Assembly (NCBI RefSeq): GCF_006345805.1
Contig: NC_043013.1
Coordinates: 27,404,001 to 27,468,000 of the forward strand
DNA: 64,000 nucleotides
Direction: 5' to 3'
DNA from: Octopus sinensis
Taxonomy: Eukaryota
Part shown: positions 37,401 through 49,600 of the stretch, piece by piece
Layout of the letters: the number at the start of each line of letters is the position of its first letter
Position numbering within the stretch: the stretch's first letter is position 1
The notes under the pieces: generated by a model
What the model saw: the letters and a program-made list of their open reading frames with translations, nothing else
Told to the model about the DNA's origin: nothing
Databases searched by the model: none
Position numbers and translations under genes: made by a program

Positions 37401-40400
37401 TTTCTTTGTTAAGGTTAATTCATTGATGGCTTTTTAGTTTTGTTGCCGGCCATTATTACCTTGTTTGTTGAAGTCATTTATTTCTATATTTTGTCAAAAT
37501 ACGAGATCTGGTTTATTAAATGTATACAAAATAGAAGCTAGTTTTATTGTTCAATTGTAATTTATTACATTTGCAAGGATTTTTAATTCCTCCTTCCTTT
37601 TATATATATATTTGTTGTACGGCATTGGTTTTTATTAGAAGCATCTGGAAAGTTAGAAGCGAAACCGCACTGCACTATGGGTAGTTGTAAAGATGGCAGC
37701 CTACAGTAACAGTGTTGTGTCTGCTTTTTTCAATATTTTAACACTGAATAATTTATATAACTCTCTTTCACAGAATTATAAAGACCTTCTTCAGCAAACC
37801 TCTTCCACTGGACTTTAACGGTTGTTCGCTTAGAACAAATTAAATTTCAGCTAGAGACACATAATGAGAGATAAATTTCAACTATTAGCATGGATTTTGT
37901 CATTTTAACGAGAGTGAGAAAGACTGAATAAAAATTACGTAAGATTTAGGCTGGCGAGGACAGTAAGGTCATAGATTTAAATTAAAGGGTTGGAGTACAA
38001 GGAATTCTCAAGAAAGAACGGGAGAAAAAGAATAATTTTAAATGACAAAGCATAGAAAACAAAATAATAGGCTGCGGTATTTAAAAAGAAATTTACACTT
38101 CAATTAGGCTTAGCATTAAATCGCTGTTTGTTTATAAGCTATTTTAATCAACAATGCTACATCACTTTTAATCATATGTACCGGCACAGCTTAGTCATGT
38201 TAAATACCACCTTGAGTTTCCGGTCGGGTAATATTCAAGATTCAATTTATACAGTAAAGGCTTATATTATTTTTGGAAATAAACCAGCTCACCGCGACCC
38301 GGATATTGATGTGAATACCATTCTTCTTGGAAGAGAAATAAAATGAATTAAACAGTACGAAATCTGTCCTTTTCGCGCATATAAAAATGTGAAGATTCTG
38401 TTGTAATATTTGATCGTATGTTTCTCTATCGAATTAAACATTGTTTTAATTCTCTGCTGTTGTGATTGACAATTTGGTTGTTCTTCATCAACTTAACTCT
38501 TTCTTAAACGGACCGATTCTCTTAGGCCAAAAATTCTTATTTAGCTTTTGTGTGTTTTATTTCTAATTTTCTTCGAATTAATCAATCTGCCTCGAAAATT
38601 ATGTATGTCAGCATTTTAAAATTGTGATAAAATACACTTTGTTTTTCAAAATTAAAAAATATATATATTAATAGACATCACCCACAAGACGTACCCTTAT
38701 GGCATAGACAAAAGCTAGGGTGAATGACGTCGTTTACTAATACCGAAAGTATGCCAAATTTATTTTCAGTGGTTTAATCAGAAAAGGAAAGATAAACACA
38801 TGGCCCTTTCGACCAGTTTCTGAATAATTTTAAAACAAAAATTAACTTTTTCTTGTTCAATCTCAATAAGGAATAGTCCCAGCATAAAACTAGACAAATA
38901 CTCAGATAACTGCCAAAGTTCCGGGTTCCGATGTTACCTAGGGATCTTAAATTTAAATGCTCGCAAGTAACACCCAACTTTTTCACATTGCTTATCTAAA
39001 CCAGTGTCAAGTTGTTTCCCTTCGTATCAAATACTTAACTAGCGAAAGGATACCATGAGGAGGAAGGACATGATGATCAACGAAAACTCTTGGGCTACCA
39101 CTATGGTTGAAAATGCTTATAGAAAACATGAAAGATATAAATTCTTCATTCTTGTAGATTTTAAAACTTTATTCACGAACATTAAAAATATTATCAAGCT
39201 AATCTAAATAAGCAAATGTGATAAAATACGAAGGAAGATCTTAAACGTCATTTTTCTACATTGTTCTTGTTAAACTTGTTTTAACTGCGTTCAAAATGAT
39301 GTTACGTAATGTGGTATACGAAGCTACAATAACAGAGGTCGAGATGTGTGAACTATTAACCTCTCGAAAATTAGTTCAATACTAATGCTACGACAACTAT
39401 TGCCCATCTGAGTGACAAAAGAACTTACTAAGCAAATGTGTGTTAGTCGTTAGTAAAAATGATTGCTTCAGTAAAGAAAGTATCCCACCTACGCAAATTT
39501 GTAAATAACAACCTATGTTCCTTTGTGCAATCCTATATTTTAAACCCACCTAAATAGATATATATCATATGATTACACACCATGGGACAGTGTCTTCTAC
39601 CGTAGTTTCTGGATTGACCAATGCTCTTATGAGCGGGACTTGGTAAATGAGATTCCGTGTGTTCGTGCGTCTGTTTCTGCGTTATTGTGTTGAGTTGTGT
39701 CCCTTTCTGTCAAAGCAAAACTTGGTTTTTCAATATCGAAGGACTAAGTCCATGAATACGATTGGCGTAAAAAAGGAATGTGTTTATAAGCATGTCTATA
39801 CACACACAAACTTGTACATACATGACTTTGTTTGAACAATGTGTATATGTTTGTAACTCTCTCCTCTGTGTGTGTGTATTTGGGCGTGGTGGTGTATAAG
39901 TTGTTTCCATGGGATTGTTCTTGTTGTCTCATGTTTCAGAAATGACATCAACTTTAATACTTCCACTTCCTGGCTTGAGAAGATTTCATCACCCAAACCA
40001 CATCTGTTGTTCGCACTACTAATAAATTAAATGCACAATCTTTTTACATTACAGCCAATATCATAACCACTACTTGCATATGAATGTGTTTGTTTACACC
40101 TGCACTCGCTTCTGTGAATGTTTTAACGAACGGTAACGTCAGTTCTATCAACTGACTTCAAAGCCATGTGTAATGTCAGATGCCTTACTAGGAAAGGTGA
40201 AGAATAGCGACAAGATAAGCATTTGACTGCAAAATAATTGGTAAATTTATAGTTTCGCACCAGACTCGATTTCAGTACGAAACGTTTATAGTGAGATTTA
40301 AAAGAATGGGTAAAAAGGCCGGGTTCAAACTGTCTACACCGGTACCTGGCCAGGCATTTGTTTTTGCTACAGAAAACAAACGATTGCAACGAAAAACAAA

Positions 40401-40702
40401 TGCAGAAAGGGGAATTTCCGAGGTTCCGCCCCCACCCCCTCTGTTTTCCGCGGAAAAAAATGCATTTCCAACAGCTTACGAGGTCAACTAAGCCGATTGC
40501 ACCCAAAAAAAAAATAATAAAAACGCGGGGAAAAATTATTTAGTACCGAAATCGAGTCTGGTGTGAAACTAAATTTACAAAATAATGCTTTATCATATTT
40601 CTGTCACCCACGCTGTCATGGATAACGAATGTTCACTGAACGCATGAATATCTCTCTGTCCAAAACCCACGCACTTGTATTCGTACACACAATTGATCTC
40701 TT

Positions 40703-40744
<42 letters not shown>

Positions 40745-43334
40745 ATTAAGAAGTACATCCAGTGGTAGAAGCAATACCAAAGTAGATATTGGAGCACATT
40801 GCACTTAAACTTGTGCAAACATAGACGGTAAATGTGTGTGTGTGTGTGTATATGGACAGCTGAAATCTACAAGTTTTTTTTTTATTCTCTCTCTGTTTAT
40901 TTTCTCTTATCCCTTTCTGTTGAAGAGCGTAGGCTCGAAACGTAAAAGACTTTCTCACTTTCCTGAGCATCAAACTAATACACCTGTCTTCGTTTTTTGT
41001 TTTTCAATAAATTTCAACTACATACATACAACTCAACACAATCCCTAGAGTGGATTATCATCATTTAATGCCCATATTGGATGATTCAACATGATCTGAC
41101 TTCTCTGAAGATTACATCATGCTCAGATTTGTGCTTTGGCAAGGCATCCTATGAGATAAAAGGAAGTATTAGTGGTAACAGGAGAACAAGAAGTGTGGGT
41201 GAGTAGATTGCAAGAGTGTATACGAGAGGGGTTGGAGATAAATAGGGACAAGTAGGCATAGAAGTATGGTTAATGTTAGAGTAGACAAGAAGAATGAATG
41301 CAGATGGAAGGACAGATAGGGAGAGATGACATGTGGTCAGCAGGTATAGTGAATGGGGCGAGGGAGATATGTTTAGTGGTGGATGAGAGAATTTGGTGGC
41401 TCAAGAGAGAAGAGAGGCCGATGTAAAATGTGGGGCAGTGAAGACAGTATTAAGAATAAAAGATGAATAACAATCAAAATGATTCCAGGTAATAAGAAAG
41501 ATAAGTAATGTCAAGAAAAAGTTGGTAAAGTATGATGGTCTGGATAGTGGGAATACTTTAAGGAGGAAATAAGGTGTGTGGTAGAGGCAGTAATGTATTA
41601 TGCTTCCAGAATCTGTTTTGCTGAGGTGCTGCAGTTCTTGAGAACTGTTATCACCAGTCATCCTAGTCTTTTGTCATCTCCTTCTTGAGGTTCAAGGTTC
41701 TGAGATCAGCCTCCAGTTTGTCTCAAGTTCTGGATCTCCCTATTCTGCTAGCTACATCCATCTTTATTTAGTGAATGGCCATCCTCATCCATGTGCATTG
41801 CATCCCAATACCAGTTCAGTTATCTTTCTTGCATAATACATCTGATTCCTCTTATGAATACTTTTTCTCTCAACCATTTGTATTTTGTTTCTCATGCACA
41901 CTTGTATTACCCATCCAACAGAGCATGCTAACTTCTTCTGTCCAGTTTTCTCAAGGCCCATGCCTCACTATAATGATGCATCACAGTCTTGACATTAGTG
42001 TCACACACTCATGCATATCATCCTCCTCCTCCTCCCTATGATGTCCACTTGTCCATGCTTGCATGAGTTTTCTATAGCTGGATGTCGTTCCTGTTGCCAA
42101 CCCTTACCTGCTTCTTAGCAAGGTAATATTTCATGAAGACCAGAGATGACTTGCAAAACTGGAATCAAGACACTGCTTGCATGACAGTAACACTTGCTTA
42201 CAACTATCACATGGTGTCAAGGCAAAGAGACAGTAACACACACACACACACACACCTATTTATGATAAGCTTCTTTCAATTTTTGTATACCAAATCCTCA
42301 AGGTTTTTGTTAGCCTGGAGCTATGGAAGACACCAAAGGTACCATGCAGTGGTGCTGAACCTTAAACCATGTTGTTGGGAAGCAAAATTCTTAATACACT
42401 GCTACTCCTATGCTGATCTGTGCGTTTGTGTGTGTGTATATATATATATACACACATATACATATTATATGCTATTTATTTTTGTCTTCGTGTTGTATAT
42501 GCACACAATATATTTTACATGTAATGTACTAAATGTATGCGTATTTATGGTAATGCAAAGTGTGACAATGTAATATACAAATCTTGTAATCCTTTACAAA
42601 ACTTTTTAATGTTTATAGTCTTTCACAATTCTGTGACAAGTAATCACTGATGTCAATGTCTGTTCATGGAAAAAATACATTCCATCCCACAGTTGATGAT
42701 GATGACACTTTATTTCTCTCTCTACTTTACTCCTGCAGCCTACCCCAACATGTCATCTCTCTCTCTCTCTACCTCTGTCCTTCCCTCCCCTGTGAATATC
42801 ATTACTACACTACTGCTAGCATCCCTGTAGTCTCCCCAACTCGTGTACTCCCTCCCTGCAATCCTTCCAGATGTTGCCTACCTCCTTCCACTTCCCATTT
42901 GTCTCCTGACTCCACACTCTTGCAAACATCCGTTCCCCTCACCCACTTACTGTTCCTGCTACCTGAGGTGCCGGCTGTCCACTTCCTTGGAGATACTCTT
43001 AATTTATTCTCGGTTTTTCTTAAATCTGAGTAACCATGTAAGCTCTTTTGCAAGAACCTAGTCTGTTCCAACTGCTTTCCTCATACCTTAACGCCCACCA
43101 AACACACGGAGGCAATGTCCTCCTCCTGAGTTTGTTGTGAGCTACATGATGATCTCAGTAGTGTCTGATATCAAAACAAGGAGGCATAAACACACACGCA
43201 ATGAGCTTTTTCAGTTCATCTACCAAATCCACTCAGCTTTTGGATCGGTGTGGGAAGACATTCACAGAAGGTGCCACGTTGTGGGGCTGAACTCCAAAAC
43301 AGGCAACTGTTTGCATATTATATATTATACAAAA

Positions 43335-43389
<55 letters not shown>

Positions 43390-43583
43390 GTGTGTGTATG
43401 TATAAATCTATATTGTATACATACACACATATGCACAGATGTTAAGAATTTTGCTTCCCAATTATGTGGTTTCAGGTTTAGTCTCATTGCATGGCACTTT
43501 GAGAGTGGATTTGGTTGACAGAAACTGAAGGAGCCAGTTGTGTGTGCACCTATATAATATACCTATCTATCTATCTATCTATC

Positions 43584-43616
<33 letters not shown>

Positions 43617-46600
43617 TTATAATCATCATTTCATGCCCATTATCCATGGTGGCATGGGCTGGATGGTTTGACCAGGGCTGGTAAGCTGAGGAACTGCACC
43701 AGACTCCAGTCTGATTTGGCATGGTTTCTGTGGCTGGATGTCCTTCCTGATGCCAACCACTCAGATAGTGTAATGGGTGCTTTTATGTGACACACACACT
43801 GCCAAGTTTAACTCTTGCCTGGCCAGTGATACTCTTCTCATCCCCCTATTACTTTCCTGTCATATTTGTCTCTTAATCACTCAAACATGTTTCATTCCTA
43901 ATATTCATTTTCATCTTATTTGTTTACTTGTTTCAGTCATTGGACTGTGGCTGTGCTGGAAAACTGTTCTAAAAGGTTTTAGTTGAGCAAATTAACCCCA
44001 GTACTTAATTTTCTTATTTTAAACCCCGTACTTATTCTGTTGATCTCTTTTGCCAAACACCTAAGTTGTGAGATGTAAACAAACCAAACACTCTGGTTGT
44101 CAAGTGGTAGTCTCTCTCTCACACACACATGCACTTATAACAGGCTTCTTCAAATATGTCTGCCAAATTCACTCAAAAGCGTTTATGTGTGTGTGTATTC
44201 ACTTTTTCATTTTTTTCATGCTTGCTTGCGTGTATATGTGTGTGTGTATATATATATTATATATATGATTATTTGTATGTGTATACATAGATGCATATTT
44301 GTGTCATTGTTTGAAGTCTGCCTTCCAGACAGACAACTTTAGTGAAGTCTCCAATGTGTCTTAGTCTTTCAGCAACTAAGTTGTTGCCACGTTCTCTAAT
44401 ACAGAAAAGGTAAAACTCTGCCATCATTCCATTTTTTTCCTGTTTTCTCATCTTAACCCTAAAGATGGACTTTTGTTTGAAACCTTGGATACTCTGCTCC
44501 CTATAGCGATTTCATTGTGCATTTTTTGTTACCTTTTCAGAATAACGCAGTTTAGATCACTGGTTTCCTTGGATTCTGTTTTGTTTGTATGTAGGCTTGC
44601 ACTGATGAATCAACAAAAATATTGGAAATTGGCCATATCAGTTATTTGCTGATTAACTAGCTTCAGCTCCTTAGCAGATTAATCAGCTTTGATAATCTTG
44701 TTTTTTTATTATTATTATTGATGGGTGACAGAAATTTAGGGAAACATTTTTAGGACAAAAAAAAAAATCAAGTCAACCTGTTTTATCTAACCCAGTGGTT
44801 CTCGACAAAGGTCCACATAATTTTTTGTTAAAATTTGTAATTGTTTATTCTTCTACAACATAAAATATTTGAACTATTTTTTAAAAATACAATTCCTAAT
44901 AATATTTAATTATAAAAACATAATTAGATTTTTTTCATCACTGACTGGTTATGATGGTTCCATAGAGTAAAACAGGAATCAAATGGGTCCATAGGAAAAA
45001 GAAAAAAAATGACTGAGAACCACTGATCTAACCCTATTCTCAGTGCTTGAAAGTGTTGATCAAGCAACTGGAAAGTACTGGGGATTACATAACTACTCAT
45101 GGTAAAAGGGTGTCACTCCTACCTTCTTGTGAGGTTATGTATTTAACCCTTTAACATGGCAACTAGCCATATCCAGCCCAAATATTCTACCTATTTTATG
45201 TTCAAACCATTCAGACCTGGCCTGATAGAGTATTGTTCTAAAAATATAAAATCACATCACTGAAATTTTGAAGCTCTGACATGTCTATGATTAATTCAAA
45301 ATAATATAAATAAGCATTGTATTTGACAGAAAACTTGAATACTAATGGGTTAATTGATCTTTTAAAAAATAATTTTTTAAATTATAGTTTCCAATTAGAT
45401 GTTGATATAAAGATATTAACATTTTTTTCTATATATGACTCCTTTTATTTTTACTTTTTATATACAAAAATCAAGTGCCTTTACTAACCAAATGAACAAT
45501 TGCACTCCTGTTGCAGATCCAGTTTAAGTGAATCCATCATACCAACTAGCTTTGTCACGAATCATAACTCACGAGTACAAGAGAATGAATTGTTTAAATT
45601 TAGATCACTAATAACTATTATGTTTTATTTAACCATACAAAGTGTTGCTGTCTATGCACATTTAATTACTCAGAATTTTTTTCATGGCCACACAACAATA
45701 AAAAAAAAATTGTGCTGGGACAGTGCGTGAGATGTATACAAAAGTTTGCATTATGAACTGACAATTCACTGGCAATAAAAAGTACAAAGTATGGTAAAAT
45801 TAGCTTATATTATTTTCAAATAGTAACTTCATAAATTCTAATGGTGAAATATATAAGAGATTATATATATATTGATAATTGCTGTTTCCCTATACATATT
45901 ACATTATGAATAATTAACAGCTGGTTAATCAACCAATAAAGAGTAGCTGAATAATCAGTAATTGGCTGGATTGCTCATCAGAGCCTCTATATACATATGT
46001 GCATGCTTATATATTTCATGTGGCCACTGCTTAGATATTTGGTGTTAATCTAACAGTACTTAACTTTTGGTAAATAAGTTTGATGTTGTTGCTTTCTATT
46101 ATATTTCTTGTGGTGATGTTGGTTCATTTGGAATTATAGATAATAGGTTATCCAGATGCTCTCTGAATACATGTAGATTTCAGTTTCTTTGGCAAGATAT
46201 GAAAAGGTTGTGTCTTTGAACCCTTAGTTGCAATATGTGGTCCTGATTTTTGACTTGAGTTTTGACCAGTTTGAGGCTTGGTATCATCTGTGTGTAGAGT
46301 ACTGCATATCTTTCTTATCTTCTCTCCTGCGAATAGGGTTTTAGTGCTCTCAGCCTCTTCCAATACCTTTGCTGTTGCACTGATGTGATCTTTGTGAAGC
46401 ATCTGCTCTTTATAAATCATGCAGCCACTCATTTTTTCCTTGAGTATGCTGAGATCAACCAGTTTGCAACACACCTTTCAGTGGTCAATTTTATTGAAGG
46501 CTTTTACAAAGTTTAGATATATTGTGTCAATGATTGAGTAGCTATTTAAGCATCCACTGAAAGTATTGTAGGGGTTGTGGATGAAAGCTATGCATGTCAT

Positions 46601-49600
46601 TTTCTTCTGGCAATTTGTTCCATGACTATGCTGATATGTGAAGTCAGAGAGATAGGCCTGTACTTTTTAGCACCTATTCTGCTTCCACCTTAATGAATCG
46701 AGCATATTACACCTTCAAAGTTTTGGGGTGGGAGTAGATTTTCCATTTTCCAGGAAGCTTGTTGATATAATCAGTGGTTATCACCTCTTTATGTCAAGCT
46801 TTTAAGTCAAAGAACTGGTATATTTACCTGCATGTGTCTCATTAAGAAGGTGAAAACGCTTTTGAACCATTCATTCAGTATTTCACTTGTCCTTTTGTTG
46901 TTTGCCACAAGCAAGCTGTCTCTTTAGAACAGTGGCCCTACTTTGTGATGCACTGCAAATGATTCTCTAACAAACTATTTATTTTTATATTCTCTATAGT
47001 CTTAGTTCCTCCAGCTGATCTTCATCATGAGAATGTTTGATTTTGATCTGTCTTGGAATGTCCTAAAGTGGGAATGTTCACTTTCTGTTCATTGACTGTT
47101 TAGGTGATTTGAGACCTTAGTTCTGTATTTCGAGAACTTTCCTTTCTCTGGGAATTATGTGCTTGTGTATCTTGTCCTTTCTCTCTGGGACATAATGCAT
47201 GCAAGTTTGTAAAATCCACATATTGTTTTTCTAAGAAAATGTTTATATATCATTATCTTGTATAGAAAGGTTTTCTGATTAGTTTTGTTTGGAGATATAT
47301 TTTTTAATCTATTTCCTATCACATTTGTGAAGCAGAGATCTTGAAAGATTTTGCTCCTTGAGGGCAGGTATATAATTTGTTCCATGAATAGTGCATTAGC
47401 AAGTTTGATTAGATATTTGGCTCATTTTGGTTTTTGTAACATTCCTTAGAAAAAGAATTTGCTATTGGAGTGGTAAAAATCATCTAGGAGTACATTGGTG
47501 TGCTGGTCCAGTTTAGTCAGTACCTCTTACTAAAGCTCTCTTCAAATTTGTCATGGTTTGAGGTATCTGGTGGATGCTAAGTTGCTTATATGTTACAAAC
47601 TGAGGGTATGATGTCTTTACAGATGTATATAGCAGCTCCAACTATGATTTGTCTCTTTCTTGTCTGTATGGAATATGACATGAATCTCTACCTCTGCTAT
47701 ATTTGTTGTTTCTGTCATTGCCATGCAAATTGCTTCATTGCATGTGAAAATATCTCTCATATAGGACCTTGGTTGCACAGTTTTGGTGGTCTTGAATAAA
47801 AATGTGCCTTGCCTTAGCACTGTCACTGCTACAGTCAAGTCAGATGCTGTTTTTTTTTAATATTTGTACAATATGTAAAAAAAAACTAGCTGCTTGTCTG
47901 TTACATTTCATACTGTGTCTCTGTACTGTCTTTCTTTAAGAACAGATGGTGTGTCAGGTATCTTTACTGTGTGTGTGTTGTGCGTGAATCAGCTGTTTTT
48001 CTTAGATATATATATTTTGATTTGATTATATTAAGAATGAATTCATGTCATCATTTATATATTTAGTTGCATATAGCTGTATTGGTGTATTATCATCTGG
48101 TTGCTTTTTTGTGGTACTGCACTAATGAGGTTACCAAGTAAATCACTAGATCCCTCTACTGAGTGGAGGTGTAGTATTGAGGAAGGTCGTTTTGTGTCAG
48201 GTAATAAGTTGAAATTTGATAGGTAGGAACAATGTTTTGCTGTAAAGGAGAGATATGGTTACTCACGAGGAAAGAGAAAGGACAGTGGAGATGAGGTGTC
48301 AGGTACAAAAAGGCAAATAGAGAATCAGGGATGACTGGATGGGTAGATTTGCCAGTGTGTGAAAGGAATGACAGATAAGTAGAGACGAGGATAGAGATGA
48401 ATGAAGTGATTGGTGAACGTGGGTGAAGGTAGGAAAATATAAATGGGTTAGGGTGGGGGAGTAGATAGGTGGCCCATACATAAACGTGGTGGTGGAGAGC
48501 AATAGTATAACAAATGGTTCGTAGATGAGAAATAGTGAGATGATGTGAAATGTTGAGTTGAAAGGTGCACAGAAAAGCTCAGATAAATATGGCTGGATAT
48601 AGTGAGTAGGGAAACAAAGATGGGGGTGGGGAACATTGATGGCACATATTAGTTGTTCAAGGGAAAAGGAACATGCAATGGAAAGTAAAGTGGCGGGTAT
48701 AAGGGGTGATGTTGAAAGTGCAGGATAGGTGACCTGGGAAGTAGCTCTAAGGAAAGAGATAACTGATTACACAAAATAGGTTGGTCTACTCTCTTATAAT
48801 TACAACAGCTGAGGAAATAGTGCTGTGGTTCGGATGAAGAAGGGTTGGGTATTATGAAAATAAATTGTAGGGAAAGGCTCAACATGTATAGAATAAGTGC
48901 TAGGGCATAGGCTTTGGTATGCTTTGATAATTTTTTTTTTTCTTTTGCCGAGTTAGACAAATTTTCTCAAGCACAGCAATGCATATGTATGTGTATATGT
49001 ATATGTGTGTGTGTGTGTGTGTGTGATTGTTTTAGTGTCAACTTTCCATGGATGGGTTAGGCAAGATTTGATTTTCTATTGTTGGATGCCCTTCCATTTC
49101 CAAGTAATATTTCCTGTAGTCTTTCAAACATCAATGGTATAATGGCTGGGCATGTTTCATAGAAGACTGCAAACATACACTTCTTGTATGGTGTTGACAT
49201 TTGCTCACAACCAGCTCATGATCTCCGCATGAAGGGACAAAAATACATACAAACACTCAAACAGCACACACATGGCTACTTCGTTTCTCTCAACCAAATC
49301 CGCTCACAAAGCTTTGGTTGGCCCAGGGCTATAGCAGATGCCATATATTTGTCTTATTGGAAGGAATGTGGCATGTAGGTGTGAGTTATGTTTGTCTTTT
49401 GTCTGCTTTCCCATGACACTTTTGTTTGTACTTGTCTGTGTGCATATGTTGGTATAAATGTTGAATGTTTTATGAGAGCAAAGTTTTAGTATGCCTGTGG
49501 GGATGAGTAAGAAAGTTGTTATATTTGACTAGAGTGAATTTTTTACTGAGTATTTGTTCTTACAGTTCCTTAGTAAATTTGAAATGTTCTGTAGTTAGAT

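Noticed and set aside
37693-37781. Spliced MAAYKL resembling a phosphoglycerate mutase N-terminus
   Set aside because: A stop follows immediately; a six-residue match is coincidental
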